Positions 1 through 13,171 are shown, counted from the first letter of the stretch. The stretch is DNA of 64,000 nt from Octopus vulgaris (GCA_951406725.2 OX597822.1:33294001-33358000), one strand, 5' to 3'. The notes: a model not told the origin generated them from the letters alone. Translations and numbers: made by a program.

Positions 1-29
1 CTCCTGCGCCTAAATATGTGTATATTTCT

Positions 30-900
30 TCAGTTGTAGCTTTTCGATCAGTAATTGATCCTTACAGCCATACGCGTTTTTGTAGCATCTTTCTTGTGTG
101 TCTAGAGAGACGGGATGCTTTCTTCTAAATGCTTGTTCTCCCTCTGCGATATTATTGCAGCTGAAGCTTTGAAGGCTGTAAGAAGACGTCTCAGATCTCT
201 AGTGTTGCCTTTGGCTCCGTCAGTAGCTCATTAAACATTTTGCTTCTATCTTATGCGTCTCTGTTTTTAAATATATTTTTTCCACTAATAGCTGGAGACA
301 TTGTCTTGTCCGTTGCCTTCCAGTTGCTCGTGTTTTGCAGTTTCTCGACTACTTCTTCAGTTATTGTACGCACACAAGTCGTTCTGATGCCGTGTTCGGT
401 GCTTTCGCCGACCTATAGATTTGCTTTAAGCTGGAGTCGAACTATTTGATCATTCAAAAATCGTTGCTATTTTTCATTTCAACTAAAGTACAGCTTTTGT
501 CAGGCTGTATTTCTGTTTTATATGTTCTTTCTTTTTTAGTTTTGTTGATTTGTTATTCATTTCATTGAGAATTGAAAGGTCCATTCACTTATTTTCTTGG
601 GTTTTTTTTAAAATATTTTTCATGTTATTTGCTAGGGTTTCGATACTCCTATTTGAGTGGATTTGAGAGTATACCCACCGTCTTTTCTAACCACAGTGAC
701 TGCTGTATATATTACTTTATTTGACATGGTAATGCTGACGTTTTAGTCTGATTTAAATCTGTGTTAGGTTATATTTTTATTTTTAGGGCTATTTTCGTCG
801 TGGCGTTTTACACTTGAAGTTTGGATATGCTTAGTTCATAGGCAGAGCTATTGCTCTTAATTCTTGAATTTTAACCGTCTTTTAATTTTTTCTCATATTC
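30..900 (-). mobile_element. Degenerate R4/Dong-like LINE fragment (ORF N-terminal half up to RT entry)
   Basis: Minus strand of 41-72 translates YGCKDQLLIEK, matching SYGCKDQLMINK of the LINE ORF at 15265-15450; 560-585 resembles the DLSILNEI segment near 16055-16075; many stops and indels. Confidence 0.65.
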
Positions 901-1680
901 TCTTTTATTTACATTTTTGTTTGTGGAGCTTCTCGCTGTGAAACAGATATTGTTACTCTCTGGGTAGGAAGGATCGTTCTTCCACTACTCACAACAAAAC
1001 GTTTTCCAAATTGAGTTGCAGAAAGAGAATGACGTTGAAAATGTTGCAGCCGTGTGGCGAAAGCTTTGGCTCAAGGAACATTAATCAAAAATTAATTTAC
1101 TGATTAATTAACAGCATTTAAATTAATTACCTGATTAAACAATTAACTAATCAGAGAAGTGAACTAGAAGTATTTGCAATTTTTTTATAGCATTTTTAGC
1201 AGAATGATCCTCAAAAGTACAATATCTGTATCAATACACGATTTCGCATCAAGAATCCTGCAGAACAAATGGGAAATCGATGTATTGTGGTCTTACTTTG
1301 GTTAACAATAAACTGGAAACACTGTATTTGCTCTATTGTTTGAATAAGAAAATAACAACTCCAATATTTCTCTTTATATTCAATGAAATGCAGGAAGAGG
1401 AAGACAGTGAAAAAAAAACCATGTTCGTGTCGTAAAAGACTAACAAGTATTCTTTTATTCTTTTACTTGTTTAAGTCATTTGACTGCAGCCATGCTGGAC
1501 CACCGTCTTAAAGGGTTTTTAGTCGAAGAAAGACCCCCAGCACTTAATCTTTGCAAGCCTTGTATTTATTCTATCAATCTCTTTTGCCGAACTGCTAAGT
1601 TACAAGGGCATAAGTACACCAACATCAGTTGTCAAGCGATAGGGGGATATAGACAAACGCACACACATACATACACATAA

Positions 1681-1788
<108 letters not shown>

Positions 1789-2022
1789 CCGGAGTAAACA
1801 CATAAATGTGAAACAAGGTGGAAAGAAGAGTACTCAAATACCAGTGGTAGAGTAATATGCTTTATTTAAAGCAGCAGAAAATTCAACAAAACCTGTTACT
1901 CTGAGTTTCCCGTTGCCGTTCATCGGACAGTTTTTGCTAGAAAAAACTGTCCGATGAACGGCAACGGGAAACTCAGAGTAACAGGTTTTGTTGAAATTTC
2001 TGCTGCTTTAGATAAAGTATAT
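1789..2022. mobile_element. Penelope-like pseudo-LTR fragment with fold-back inverted repeat
   Basis: Arms ~1855-1935 and ~1942-2022 nearly perfect; embedded in (TA)n; carries an HHR motif. Confidence 0.7.
1947..1984 (+). ncRNA. Minimal type I hammerhead ribozyme motif (U4C variant); mirrored on the other arm
   Basis: ctgt CCGATGA acggcaacgg GAAACTC a GAGTA acag: stem I ctgt/acag, stem III ACTC/GAGT, GUA triplet. Confidence 0.65.
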
Positions 2023-2070
<48 letters not shown>

Positions 2071-2900
2071 ATATACATATATGGTGCCCCAGCATGGCCG
2101 CGGCCTTCGGGCTAAAACATTTTTATGGATTTAAGGATTTATATATATATACGACGGGCTTCTTTCAGTTTTCGCCTACCAAATCCACTCACAAGGCTTT
2201 GGTCGGCCCGAGGTTATAGGAGACACTTGTCCAAGATACCACGCGGTGGGGCTGAACCCGGAACAATGTGGTCGGGAAGCATGTTACTTACCCCACAGCC
2301 ACGCCTGCACCCAAGTCAATAAAAAATAACAAAAGCAGTGAACTACTACATCCCGTACGGTTTTGTTCAACAAAAAAACTTTCTAAGACTACAACAATAA
2401 TTGTTCCATTTTGCTGGGGTTCTTCTTTGGGAAAGGAAACGGCCAATTAAATCGAGCCTATTAAATGACTGCTTCTTTATTGTATCACTCCTGGAAGGGT
2501 AGGAGGTAAAATTGACTGCGAAGGGGTTTGAACTCTAAAACTAAAGAACTGAAACAAATACTGCAATGCATACACTTTATTCGATGCATTAACGATTCTG
2601 CTTCTCCAAATGGCAGTATACTTGAATGATAAAATCAGGTTTTATTCAAAATTCTACACCATGTAGTCATTAGCTATGTTACTATATATACTATTTCTAT
2701 CGATTTGATGCATTCGTATAAAACAAAACTATACAAATATAATTTGTATAACTTTTAACAATTTTTTTCTTTTCTGTCTATTGACTATATTTAAATGAAA
2801 TATGATATATTTTCCTGCAATATTTTTTCTAACCAAACTAGAGACCTTACTTACATTATTTATATTTGACGGGTATTTGCTCTTATCTTGTTCGTTGTTA

Positions 2901-2944
2901 ACACAACGTTTCGACTGATATACACTTCAGCCTTCATCAGGTGT
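2901..2944 (-). ncRNA. Minimal type I hammerhead ribozyme
   Basis: acac CTGATGA aggctga-agtgtata-tcagtc GAAACGTT gtgt: canonical core, stem II ggctga/tcagtc, palindromic ACGU stem III, stem I acac/gtgt. Confidence 0.8.
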
Positions 2945-3028
2945 CTTGGGGAAATGTTTTTACCTGGGTTCTCATTCCTAAGGTATTTTTCGATGTTGTT
3001 ATCATTATTATTATTGTTGTTGTTGTTG

Positions 3029-3096
<68 letters not shown>

Positions 3097-3099
<3 letters not shown>

Positions 3100-3621
3100 T
3101 GAGAGAGCAGTGCATGCCATCAAAGTGACACTGGAGTAAAGTTTACGAAGACCAGTATACCCGTCTGATAAGGGTACAACAGGCACATGCATCACAATGG
3201 TGATCTCATATCAAGATAAACAGTGCATGACCTTGCAGGTTGGGCCCACTTAGAATGTTCTTCTGGTTGGGTAACCCATCCCGCTCAAAAGGTCCCTGAA
3301 TAACGGTTGTTTAAGGATGTTGAACGAAACATCCATGTTTCCAGAGGTTAATTATTCAAACCCCAAAGAATCCCTCTCAACACATGGCTATGATGCTCCC
3401 CCACTACTTCTGCTCGTGGCCAGAGATGCAGATATCGTCTGCCACTGAGGGACATACTCAACTGGTTAAGGTCAAGCAACTGACAAGCAAATCTGTGGAA
3501 TTGAGCAGAATATTTGCTGTAGCCCATCTTTTATAGCAAGACAAAACAATGTACATGATAACACTGCCAATTAGTTAAGATTAGAAGCCATGAGAGCCAC
3601 TGCCCGGGACTGCATCAGGGC

Positions 3622-3622
<1 letters not shown>
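3097..3622 (-). mobile_element. (TAA)n-inserted non-coding element, family D, copy 1
   Basis: Collinear with 11817-12340, 17470-18014 and 18057-18600; flanked by (TTA)n on both sides. Confidence 0.9.
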
Positions 3623-3666
<44 letters not shown>

Positions 3667-4689
3667 TATTGTCATTATCATTATTATTATTATTCAGGCC
3701 ACTGCCTGGAATCGAACTCGAAATCTTGGGGCTTGTAGCTCGCAATCTTAACCACTACACCATATTTTTTTTTTCTGTTTAACGCTACAACATGTAGCAT
3801 CTACCAGTCACATGTTATATCTTGACTACCTGCCTACGCAGTGTACTTAAAGTAATTTTCTACAGCATACAACGCTAACCGATTCAAACAGCTACCTACC
3901 ATACCCGAAGACAGCTAGGATTTTTGGTTGTTTCATTCACGCGTGGGCGTTGTTACTATGTCTACTATAAAGGGAGGTAATAGCAGTTAGCTAGGTATAC
4001 GTTTCTGATCACGTTGGGGTACTTGTGATGCTACTATTGATAATGTATGCTTTTATACGAGATTGTCTTTGAAATTCTAACGTGCTTTTGTGCTTTATTT
4101 CCTTGCATGTGTTCGTGCATGCATATATATATATATATATATATGCGTGCATACTGTATGAATATGCGTGCATGAATGTGTTTACGTGTATGTACATGGG
4201 TTTAAAATCATACGTATTTATATATGCATAGAAGCATGCGTGTGAATTCCATTGATTTATATCGGTGTGTTTCTGTAAGTATGTGAATACGTATAGGCAA
4301 ATACGTGTGTGGAAATACTCGTACTATATTTATCCACGTTTATGTACCATTGTGTTTGCACGAGCTGCAAAGCATACATTAACGGGTACTCTATATATTT
4401 TTCTATACGTCTGCTTGTGTGGGCGTCAGCGCGTGTACATGCTATAGTTTTTTTTTTCTTTTTTTTCGTTTTCTTTTTTTTGTTGTTGCTTTTGTTTCCT
4501 TCTTTAAGATGCTGAATAAAACGTGATTTCCCTCAACTAGATTTCTTACAGGTATTTTTGTGTATGTTCGTTTGTCTTTACGTTCTTGTATATGTGTACA
4601 TGTGCTTTGTATGAGTGCGTGACTCACTGCCTGAGACCACCTAAATTTGTATACGTAAATGTATTGGTGAATGTGTATCACATCATGTA

Positions 4690-5340
4690 CATAGTACAAC
4701 ATGCCGGACTAGAGATAGCACAAGCCGGACTAAAGATAGTATACGCCGGGTTAAAGATGATTCTGTATGTTCGATTACAGATAAGATAAGACAATATACC
4801 AGATTAAAGATAGTACAATATGCCGGACTAAAGATAGTGAACAATGCCAGATTAATAGTGTACGACATGCCAAATTAAAGGGGTACAATTTGCCGGATTA
4901 GATATATTCCAATATGCCGGATTAAATATGCTCTAATTTGCCGGACTAAATATAATACAATATGCCGGACTAAAGATAGTGAACAATGCCAGATTAAAAG
5001 TGTACCACATGCCAAATTAAAGGGGTACAATTTGCCGGATTAGATATATTCCAATATGCCGGACTAAATATGCTCTAATTTGCCGGATTAAATATAGTGC
5101 AATATGCTGGACTAAAGATATTGCCATATGCCCGATTGAAAAATTGTCTAATATGCCGAATTAAAAATGTTCTAATACACCCGATTACAAGTGGTCCAAT
5201 ATGCCGATTAAAGGTGGTAAAATATGCCGGATTAAAGACGTATGCCGAACTAAATATAGCAGAATATACTGGATTAAAGATAGTACAATGTGACAGACCA
5301 AAAATGGTTCAAAATGCTGGACTAAACATACAACAGTATG
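4690..5340. repeat. ~24-bp minisatellite (caatatgccggactaaagatagta) with a 142-bp higher-order duplication
   Basis: Roughly 27 diverged units; 4816-4957 is repeated at 4958-5099. Confidence 0.9.
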
Positions 5341-5651
5341 AAGTTTGGCAGGTTTTGTTTTCAAATCTCATAGTGCTTAACAGTAATTTTGATCAATAAC
5401 CCCCAGGCTCTTTTGCCGAACCGCTAAGTTACGGGGTTATTTTCTTTTAATAAAGGTCATTAATTGACGTTTATTAGAAGAAAATAAATATAGTGGTGTA
5501 GACGTTAAGTAAAAAGTTTAGTTCCTCCAAACGCATGATTCGGAGTTTGATAATTTTATACGGCACTATGGGTAAAATATTCGATCAATACCTTGCGACG
5601 CGTTTCCACACACTTAAACTCCTATGATGTGAGTATGCGTGTGTCTATGCT

Positions 5652-5783
<132 letters not shown>

Positions 5784-6695
5784 TGTTGTCAGATAATTTC
5801 GATCGTTTTTCTGCTGTTTGACAATGCAGTGTCATATTGCTGAAAAGATGTAAAATTTATTCAAATTCCGAAAACGACAGACAAAAATTTGGAGAAAAAT
5901 AGACCCTCAAAACAAAACATAATACGATACAGAAGTAAACAATTGCAGCGTGGAAGGTGTTTATAAGCCATTTAAGAAACACACAAAAACCGTTAGATTA
6001 CACTTCAACATTTAAATTTAATTTGCCAAAATATTTTCGTCGCTTTGAAACCGCGACTTGTTCAAGTACGGAATTTTGTCGGAGAGGTGCTAGCTTCGTA
6101 TGCAACATTTGTGTATGTTTGGTTTGTATGCGAGCGCATGCGACAAGTAAGTTCATCGAGTGATATGTGTGCGTGAGTGTGTGCGTGTGTGTGTGTGTAT
6201 GTGTGTGTATGTGTGTGTGTGTGTGTGTGTGTGCGTGCGTGTGTGTGCTTGTGTGTGTGTGTGTGTATGTAACCTACACAGTAGATTTATGATTAGGTAA
6301 AATTTAACCATTTCGCCGAAGATTGAATAAATTATGATTAGCTTTAAGGATTATCGAACTTTATTGGGTTCCCATTAGAGGTGTCTACATCAATTTGAGG
6401 AACTCCAGAGAAACAAGAAACCAATATGTTTATGAACTCAAAATATCCAATAGCAACAAACAACAACTGAAGCTGATAGTTTGCTTACCGTAATTGTGTA
6501 ACACTTTATTTAATATCAGGAGTCTCTCAACGGGGATCTCAGGTATACAGTGCCAATGTATATGTAACCTCCGCAGTCATCATATCATATATTACCCAGG
6601 TCAATTATACTCTTTTTTTTTTACTCTTTTTCTTGTTTCAGTTATTTGACTGTGGCCATGCTGGAGCACCGCCTTTAATAAAGAAAAAAATCATT

Positions 6696-6768
6696 CGCCC
6701 AACGTGGGGCTCGAACCCTCGACCCCGAGATTAAGAGTCTCGTGCTCTACCGACTAAGCTAACCGGGT
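6696..6768 (-). tRNA. tRNA-Lys(CTT) gene or recent pseudogene
   Basis: acccggttagcttagtcggtagagcacgagactCTTaatctcggggtcgagggttcgagccccacgttgggcg: 73 nt, matches eukaryotic tRNA-Lys-CTT; T-run follows the 3' end; G1A and a T-stem mismatch. Confidence 0.85.
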
Positions 6769-7039
6769 AGATTTTTTAGGAGTGGGTAGCCACAGTAAGA
6801 CACACACCAGTCATTCCATTCATTTCCCAGCTCATTTTGTCCTGGAAATGACTATAAACTATATCTGGTAGTGAGACCAAGGGGCCCTGGTTTCAGGGTT
6901 TGTGGAGTGCGGAACCACCTCTTAGCCACTATTGTTCCCAGGTCTACTCTGGCCCGGAGTGGTAGCACCTGTTATGATCCCATCTACGGGTTAACTAGCA
7001 AACACCACTGCCACTGGAGGTGGGGGTTGGTAGAATGCA

Positions 7040-7266
7040 CGGAGCTGGCAGAATCGTTAGCACGCCGGGCGAAATGCGTAGCCGTATTTCGTCTGCCGTT
7101 ACGTTCTGAGTTCAAATTCCGCCGAGGTCGACTTTGCCTTTCATCCTTTCGGGGTCGATAAATTAAGTACCAGTTACGGACTGAGGTCGATATAATCGAC
7201 TTAATCCGTCTGTCTGTCCTTGTTTGTCTCCTCTGTGTTTGGCCCCTTGTGGGTAGTAAAGAAACA
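7040..7266 (+). mobile_element. SINE family B with 11-bp TSD
   Basis: Core gtcgactttgcctttcatcctttcggggtcgataaattaagtaccag (resembles the Meta/Sauria-type SINE core from memory); TSD ggtagaatgca at 7029-7039 and 7267-7277. Confidence 0.85.
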
Positions 7267-7754
7267 GGTAGAATGCAGCCGCCGTATTCCCTGCGTGGCG
7301 TAAGAGGCAATTAAAGGGGCAGGAGCGAGGGGATTGGGAATCCTCTCCTCCTAGTAAATCCATATTCTTAAAAAGCAGCAAGAAAAAGACAACCCCCGCA
7401 ATAGATATATAAAAAGGAAAAATGTAACTATTTCCCTGTCGACTGAAAAATATAATGAATAGACTTAAACGATTTTCGAAACCCATTGAATTCTCATCCG
7501 AGGTGTCAACATCAATTTAACCGTTCCCAGAGAAACAAGGAACCAATTTGTTTATATATTCAACAATTCCAATACATACATATATGTATATATATGTGAG
7601 TGTGTGTGTGTGTGTGTGTGTATTAGCTATCAGTTACGTTCCAGTTAACGGCTAACCACAGGATCAGTATTTAACAACTATTGTTAGTCGCTCCGTGAAT
7701 TCTTCCGATAGATAATTCCATGTGCTCTTCGCTGGACTATAAAAATTGTCTGGC

Positions 7755-7828
<74 letters not shown>

Positions 7829-7855
7829 TTGCGTTTTAGCCCTATGTCTTTCTTC

Positions 7856-7905
<50 letters not shown>

Positions 7906-8261
7906 CTCAGTTTCTTTCTCTCTTATACAATTGGCTAAAGACAATAAGATGGCGTCCTGTAGAAAAAGAAAAGAGCAGGAAGAAACTAACAGGGCACTGC
8001 TTGTGTAGTCTCCTACGAAAATTCTATGACAGGGTATAGAGTTTGTAGTGGAAAATACCAGGAAGCAACCTTCATCTACCAGCCAGTACAAATGATGGAG
8101 TTCGAAAAGTGAAAGAAATAGATTGAACGATTTTATAAATTGGACATCTCTTGGTGCAGTGATCGCGGCTGAAAACTTGTCAGTAGTTGGTAGTTGACAG
8201 ATGTAAACAATGTGTGTTTCGCACAATATTTTTGTTCACAAAAAGGAGTGGGATCAGTTCG

Positions 8262-8707
8262 ACTCTTTTACTCTTTTGCTCTTTTACTTGTTTCAGTCAT
8301 TTGTCTGCGGCCACGCTGGGGCACCGCCTTTAGTTGAGCAAATAGACCCCAGAACTTATCATTTTGTAAGCCTAGTACTTATTTCATCGGTTTCTTTTGC
8401 CGAACCGCTAAGTTACGTGGACGTAAACACACCAGCATCGGTTGTCAAGCGATGTTGAGGAGACAAATACAGACACACAAACATACATACACACACACAC
8501 GCACACATATATATACACATATATATATATATATACATATATACGATGCGCTTCTTTCAGTTTCCGTCTACCAAATCCACTCACAAGGCTTTGGTCGGCC
8601 CGAGGATATAGTAGAAGACACTTGCCCAAGGTGCCACGCAGTGGGACTGAACCCGGAACTATGTGGTTGATAAGCAAGCTACTTACCACACAGCCACTCC
8701 TGTGCCT
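8262..8707 (-). mobile_element. SINE family A, full length
   Basis: Matches 9152-9576 end to end. Confidence 0.9.
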
Positions 8708-8729
8708 CCTGGTTAAAAAAACAAATTAT

Positions 8730-8795
<66 letters not shown>

Positions 8796-8799
<4 letters not shown>

Positions 8800-9090
8800 G
8801 ACCGACCAGGTTATCAGGTGTTGCTACATATCGCTGGTCACAATGCGCTATGCTTTAGCCTTCAAATGACGCCACCCCGCTGATTAAGTGAGCAGGCCAA
8901 CAGAAGAAAGAATGGGAGAAAGTTGTGGCGAAAGAGTACAGCAGAGATCGCCACCACCCCCTGCCGGAGGCTCGTGGAGCTTTAAGTATTTTTGGTCAAT
9001 AAACGCTCACAGCGCCCGGTCTGGGAATCGAAACCACGATCCTACGACCGCGAGTCCGCTTCTCTAACCACTGGGTCATTGCGCCTCCAC
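8796..9090 (-). mobile_element. tRNA-derived SINE family C, tail variant 2
   Basis: Head ggaggcgcaatgacccagtggttag...ggtttcgattccc; same tail as 40047-40357. Confidence 0.85.
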
Positions 9091-9100
9091 ACACACACAC

Positions 9101-9133
<33 letters not shown>

Positions 9134-9151
9134 CTGGCCAAGTCGAATTTT

Positions 9152-9317
9152 AGGCGCAGGAGTGGCTGTGTGGTAAGTAGCTTGCTTGCCAACCACATGG
9201 TTCCGGGTTCAGCCCCACTGCGTGGCACCTTGGGCAAGTGTCTTCTACTATAGCCTCGGGCCGACCAAAGCCTTGTGAGTGGATTTGGTAGACTGAAACT
9301 GAAAGAAGCCCGTCGTA

Positions 9318-9373
<56 letters not shown>

Positions 9374-9574
9374 CGTGTTTGTCCCCCTAGCATTGCTTGA
9401 CAACCGATGCTGGTGTGTTTATGTCCCCGTCACTTAGCGGTTCGGCAAAAGAGACCGATAGAATAAGTACTGGGCTTACAAAAAGAATAAGTCCCGGGGT
9501 CGATTTGCTCGACTAAAGGCGGTGCTCCAGCATGGCCGCAGTCAAATGACTGAAACAAGTAAAAGAGTAAAAGA

Positions 9575-9576
<2 letters not shown>
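9152..9576 (+). mobile_element. SINE family A reference copy (tRNA head, CORE-like segment, internal microsatellite)
   Basis: A box tggctgtgtggt, B-box-like gggttcagcccc, accttgggcaagt resembling the MIR CORE, tail (aagtaaaagag)n. Confidence 0.9.
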
Positions 9577-9609
<33 letters not shown>

Positions 9610-11739
9610 TGCTGCTAAAATCTAAGAATCCACTCGCGTGCCCTTTTATCGTCTCCATTCTTGTTAATAATATTCCATATACTTGATGAAACTATATGAT
9701 ACATGACGAAAGACCTCGTTAGGAAATTGTCAAATTACAGGTGTTAACGGATGGCAATTTGTCCCTGTTTCACCATCATCTGATTCTCAGCAATACTATG
9801 GTTATTATTTTGGGGTACTTCTTGTTTTTACTGTGGCGATAACAGCAGCCATAAAAGCAAGCAATGATGGTTGTACCAAGTAATCTCCGATCTTCATTAC
9901 CTCTGTAAAAGCTTCTTTCCCTCTCCTCAATACCGACACCGCAACCACCACAAATGGAAGTGGAGAAATGATACATCACATGATGAGGCCCCTTTCTAGT
10001 CCATGTCAGGAAGATTTTGGTGATAACCCGCGTGACTACTGATCAAAGATAGCGCACAAAACAAACCTTCACACGCTAGAATGCAAAATGTGTTTCATGC
10101 TTTATGTATGAGCGCGTAGTTCCGCTATTTGTTATCGTTATGCTTGGTATTGTTTTTGTTATTTTAATTATTACTATTATTGTCTTCGCCTTTTATAACA
10201 AAATGCATGCCAGTTTTTCCTTTTTCCTTCTATCGTTCATGGACAGCAATCACAAGCACTATCATCATCACTACCATGAACATTACCTCCTCCACCACCA
10301 TAATAAATCTACTACTCTTGACGTCACACATTTTATCCCCACCATTTCCCCCTTCGTAACATTTCACTTTTCAATCGACATTTATCAATGAAATTCAATT
10401 AATATTTGTTTCTTCATTAACTATTAATTTTCAGTCAAGTCTTCATCACTATTCATTTCAACGATTTCGTTCAAATCACAGTCCCTGAGCGAAAGAAACC
10501 CTCTTTAAAAAGAATAGTTAATAAAATCGAAATATTGAAAGAGTTTTCATAGAAAAGTGAAAATTATTATTTATGAGGGTGTGTTTTGAAAATGAACGAA
10601 AATATTAATGAAACTGAAAAGAAATAATTATGTATTGCTTGAATTAAACACAAATGTTATGTATAGAAAATGAAGTCATGGAAATATATGTATGAAATCG
10701 TCTATCATAGATTTAACTTACTCGCCTATTTGCAAATGGCCGTCTGTGGTGTGTGTGTAGATGTAATGGTTCTAGCACATTTTGTTGAACGGTCAGCACC
10801 GAGACATACATATAATGACGCTGTACATTTAAAGACACTAAACAATGAAATATAATTTCAAAAGAAACACATTTTAATGGATCTTCATTGAGATCGAATG
10901 AGAACGGACTTGAAATGAAAGACATTATTATTTATAAGGTTATCTTTTGAAAACGAACTAAAATATTAATAAATTGCGAAGAGGAAGGTGTAATTATTTA
11001 GAATGGAATTGACTCGAAGAGAAAGGGGAATCGAATCATTAAAAGAATTTATGGTTGTGAAGGGCATTAGGAAGGGAGATATTTGCGAAGATATAGAGAG
11101 ATAGGGAGAGCTGGGAAGAGGTGGTGTCAGACGGTGTATTTTGAAGAGTGGCTTTTACTGCAATTTCAGCGGGGAAATAACGCCAGTTCATTTCATTTCT
11201 ACGCATGCGAGGTACAAACGAAGTGAAGGCGAGATACACAACACATAATTTTAATTAGTTTTAATTAATTAAGAGATAAAGTTAGGGAGAGGTAGAAATA
11301 CATTTCCAAAAGAAGAAATAGACTAACAAAAACAGGATGCTGGAAATATAAATTAATAAAAGCAATGGTAATGTGTACATCTCCGGGTATGTGTATGTGT
11401 ATGTGTTCCTGTGATTGTGCGTGTGGGATTTCGAGGACAATCACACTGCACAAATCAACTTAGGCAAGTTTCTTCAATATGTAGACGCGTACCAACCCAA
11501 AACTTGCTTGCAAACTTATATCGAGGCAAACTGTGTGGACATCTATCAAATAAACTGTTACCTTTCTTTGACAGAGCCACCCCCAATAGACCAGCACTTT
11601 GAGCCTGCTCTGCCCTCATTCCAATTTCTCTGGAATATTTCTCGAACCTAGTTGTTAGTGATCCGACTGCCCCCACAACTATTAGGATAATAGTTACTCT
11701 CCCCGTCGCTTACATTCTTGCAGTTTCTTCTTCTTCTTC

Positions 11740-11783
<44 letters not shown>

Positions 11784-11816
11784 CTTCTTCTCATTATTAT
11801 TATCATTATTATTATT

Positions 11817-12338
11817 GACTGAGAGAGCAGTGGATGCCATCAAAGTGATACTGGGATAAAATATACGAAGCCCAGTATACCACGCCTGACTACCTGTCTG
11901 ATAAAGGTACACTAGGCACATACATCACAACCATATATGCGCGACATGTTGATCACATATCAAGATAAACAGCGCATGGCCTTGCTCGTGGTGCCCATTA
12001 AGAATTTTCTCCACGTCAAGTAGCCCATCCAGCTCAAAATGTCCCTGAATAAGGGTTAAGGAAATTGAACGAAACACCCGTTTCTAGAGGTGAATTATTC
12101 AAAACCCGAAGAATACCTCTCAACATACAACTATCATGCTCCCCCAATACTTCTGCTCGTAATCAGAGATGCACATATCACCAGCTACCAAGGGATATAC
12201 TCAACTAGTTAAGGTCAAACAACTAGCAAGCAAATCCGTCGTATTGAGCAGAATATTTACTGTAGCCCATCTTTTATATCACTTCCAATCAGTTATGGTC
12301 AGGAACCATGAGAGTCAGTGCCTGGTGCTACATCAGGG

Positions 12339-12340
<2 letters not shown>
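11817..12340 (-). mobile_element. Family D, copy 2 (more diverged, internal deletion)
   Basis: Collinear with the other D copies; sits in (TTA)n/(TAA)n. Confidence 0.85.
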
Positions 12341-12565
<225 letters not shown>

Positions 12566-12779
12566 GGCGGCGAGTCGGCAGAATCGTTAGCACGACGGAC
12601 GCAATGCTTAGCGGAATTTCGTTCGTCTTTACGTTCTGAGTTCAAATTCCGCTGAGGTCGACTTTGCTTTTCATCCTTTCGGGATCGATAAATTAAGTAC
12701 CAGGGAAGCATTGGTGTCGATGTAATCGACTAGTCCCTTCTCCAAAAATTTCAGGCCTTGTGCCTTTAGTGGAAAGGAT
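12566..12779 (+). mobile_element. SINE family B
   Basis: ggcggcgag head, core, and aaatttcaggccttgtgcc tail. Confidence 0.85.
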
Positions 12780-12796
12780 TATTATTATTATTTATT

Positions 12797-13170
12797 GTCT
12801 TTGCACAGCTTCTGATGCTGGAGATGTACCACAGTACCAGCCGTTCACTACCCGTGAACAAAGGTAACGCCCCTTATTTTTCGAGCACCATCCGGGTATT
12901 CGAGCAGTTCGAAGCAGTGCTGTTTTCTGCAAGTGCTCCATCCTTATTGCACTCATTATTTCTTCCGTGTACATCTCGAGATTTTTACTCACTGTTCCCA
13001 GGGCTCCGACAGTTATTGGTACTACTACCACCTTTTTCATCGGTCACAACTGCTTAACTTCCCACGCTAAACTGTCATGTCTATCGACTTTTCTTTCTTC
13101 TTAGTCGCATACTTTGTTGTCAGATGGGCATGCTATATCTATGATCCAGCATTGTTTGCTTTCTTTCTCA
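12797..13170 (-). mobile_element. 5'-truncated R4/Dong-like LINE of a second subfamily (RLE C-terminus plus 3' UTR)
   Basis: Translates CWIIDIACPSD...KKVVVVPITVGALGTVSK...LQKTALLRTARI; (TTA)n on both sides. Confidence 0.85.
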
Positions 13171-13171
13171 C

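Larger units (their letters stand above)
2857..3765 (-). mobile_element. Composite tRNA-headed element: Pol III head - (AAT)n - hammerhead body; interrupted by a family D insertion
   Basis: A box TGGTGTAGTGG and B box GAGTTCGATTCC at 3765-3695; body 2997-2857 with HHR on the same strand. Confidence 0.6.

Noticed and set aside
4690-5340. CRISPR-like array
   Set aside because: Contiguous tandem units without spacers, no cas genes, eukaryotic context
7948-8010. aagATGGCG start resembling a hAT transposase N-terminus (MASCRKRK)
   Set aside because: Stop after 19 codons; no TIRs or downstream motifs found
8408-9393. Recurrent peptide [29 protein letters not shown] suggesting a gene family
   Set aside because: Read-through of SINE family A; frames are not conserved between copies
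9740-10045. Possible plus-strand exon with a hydrophobic stretch
   Set aside because: Weak acceptor, in-frame stop, no recognisable homology
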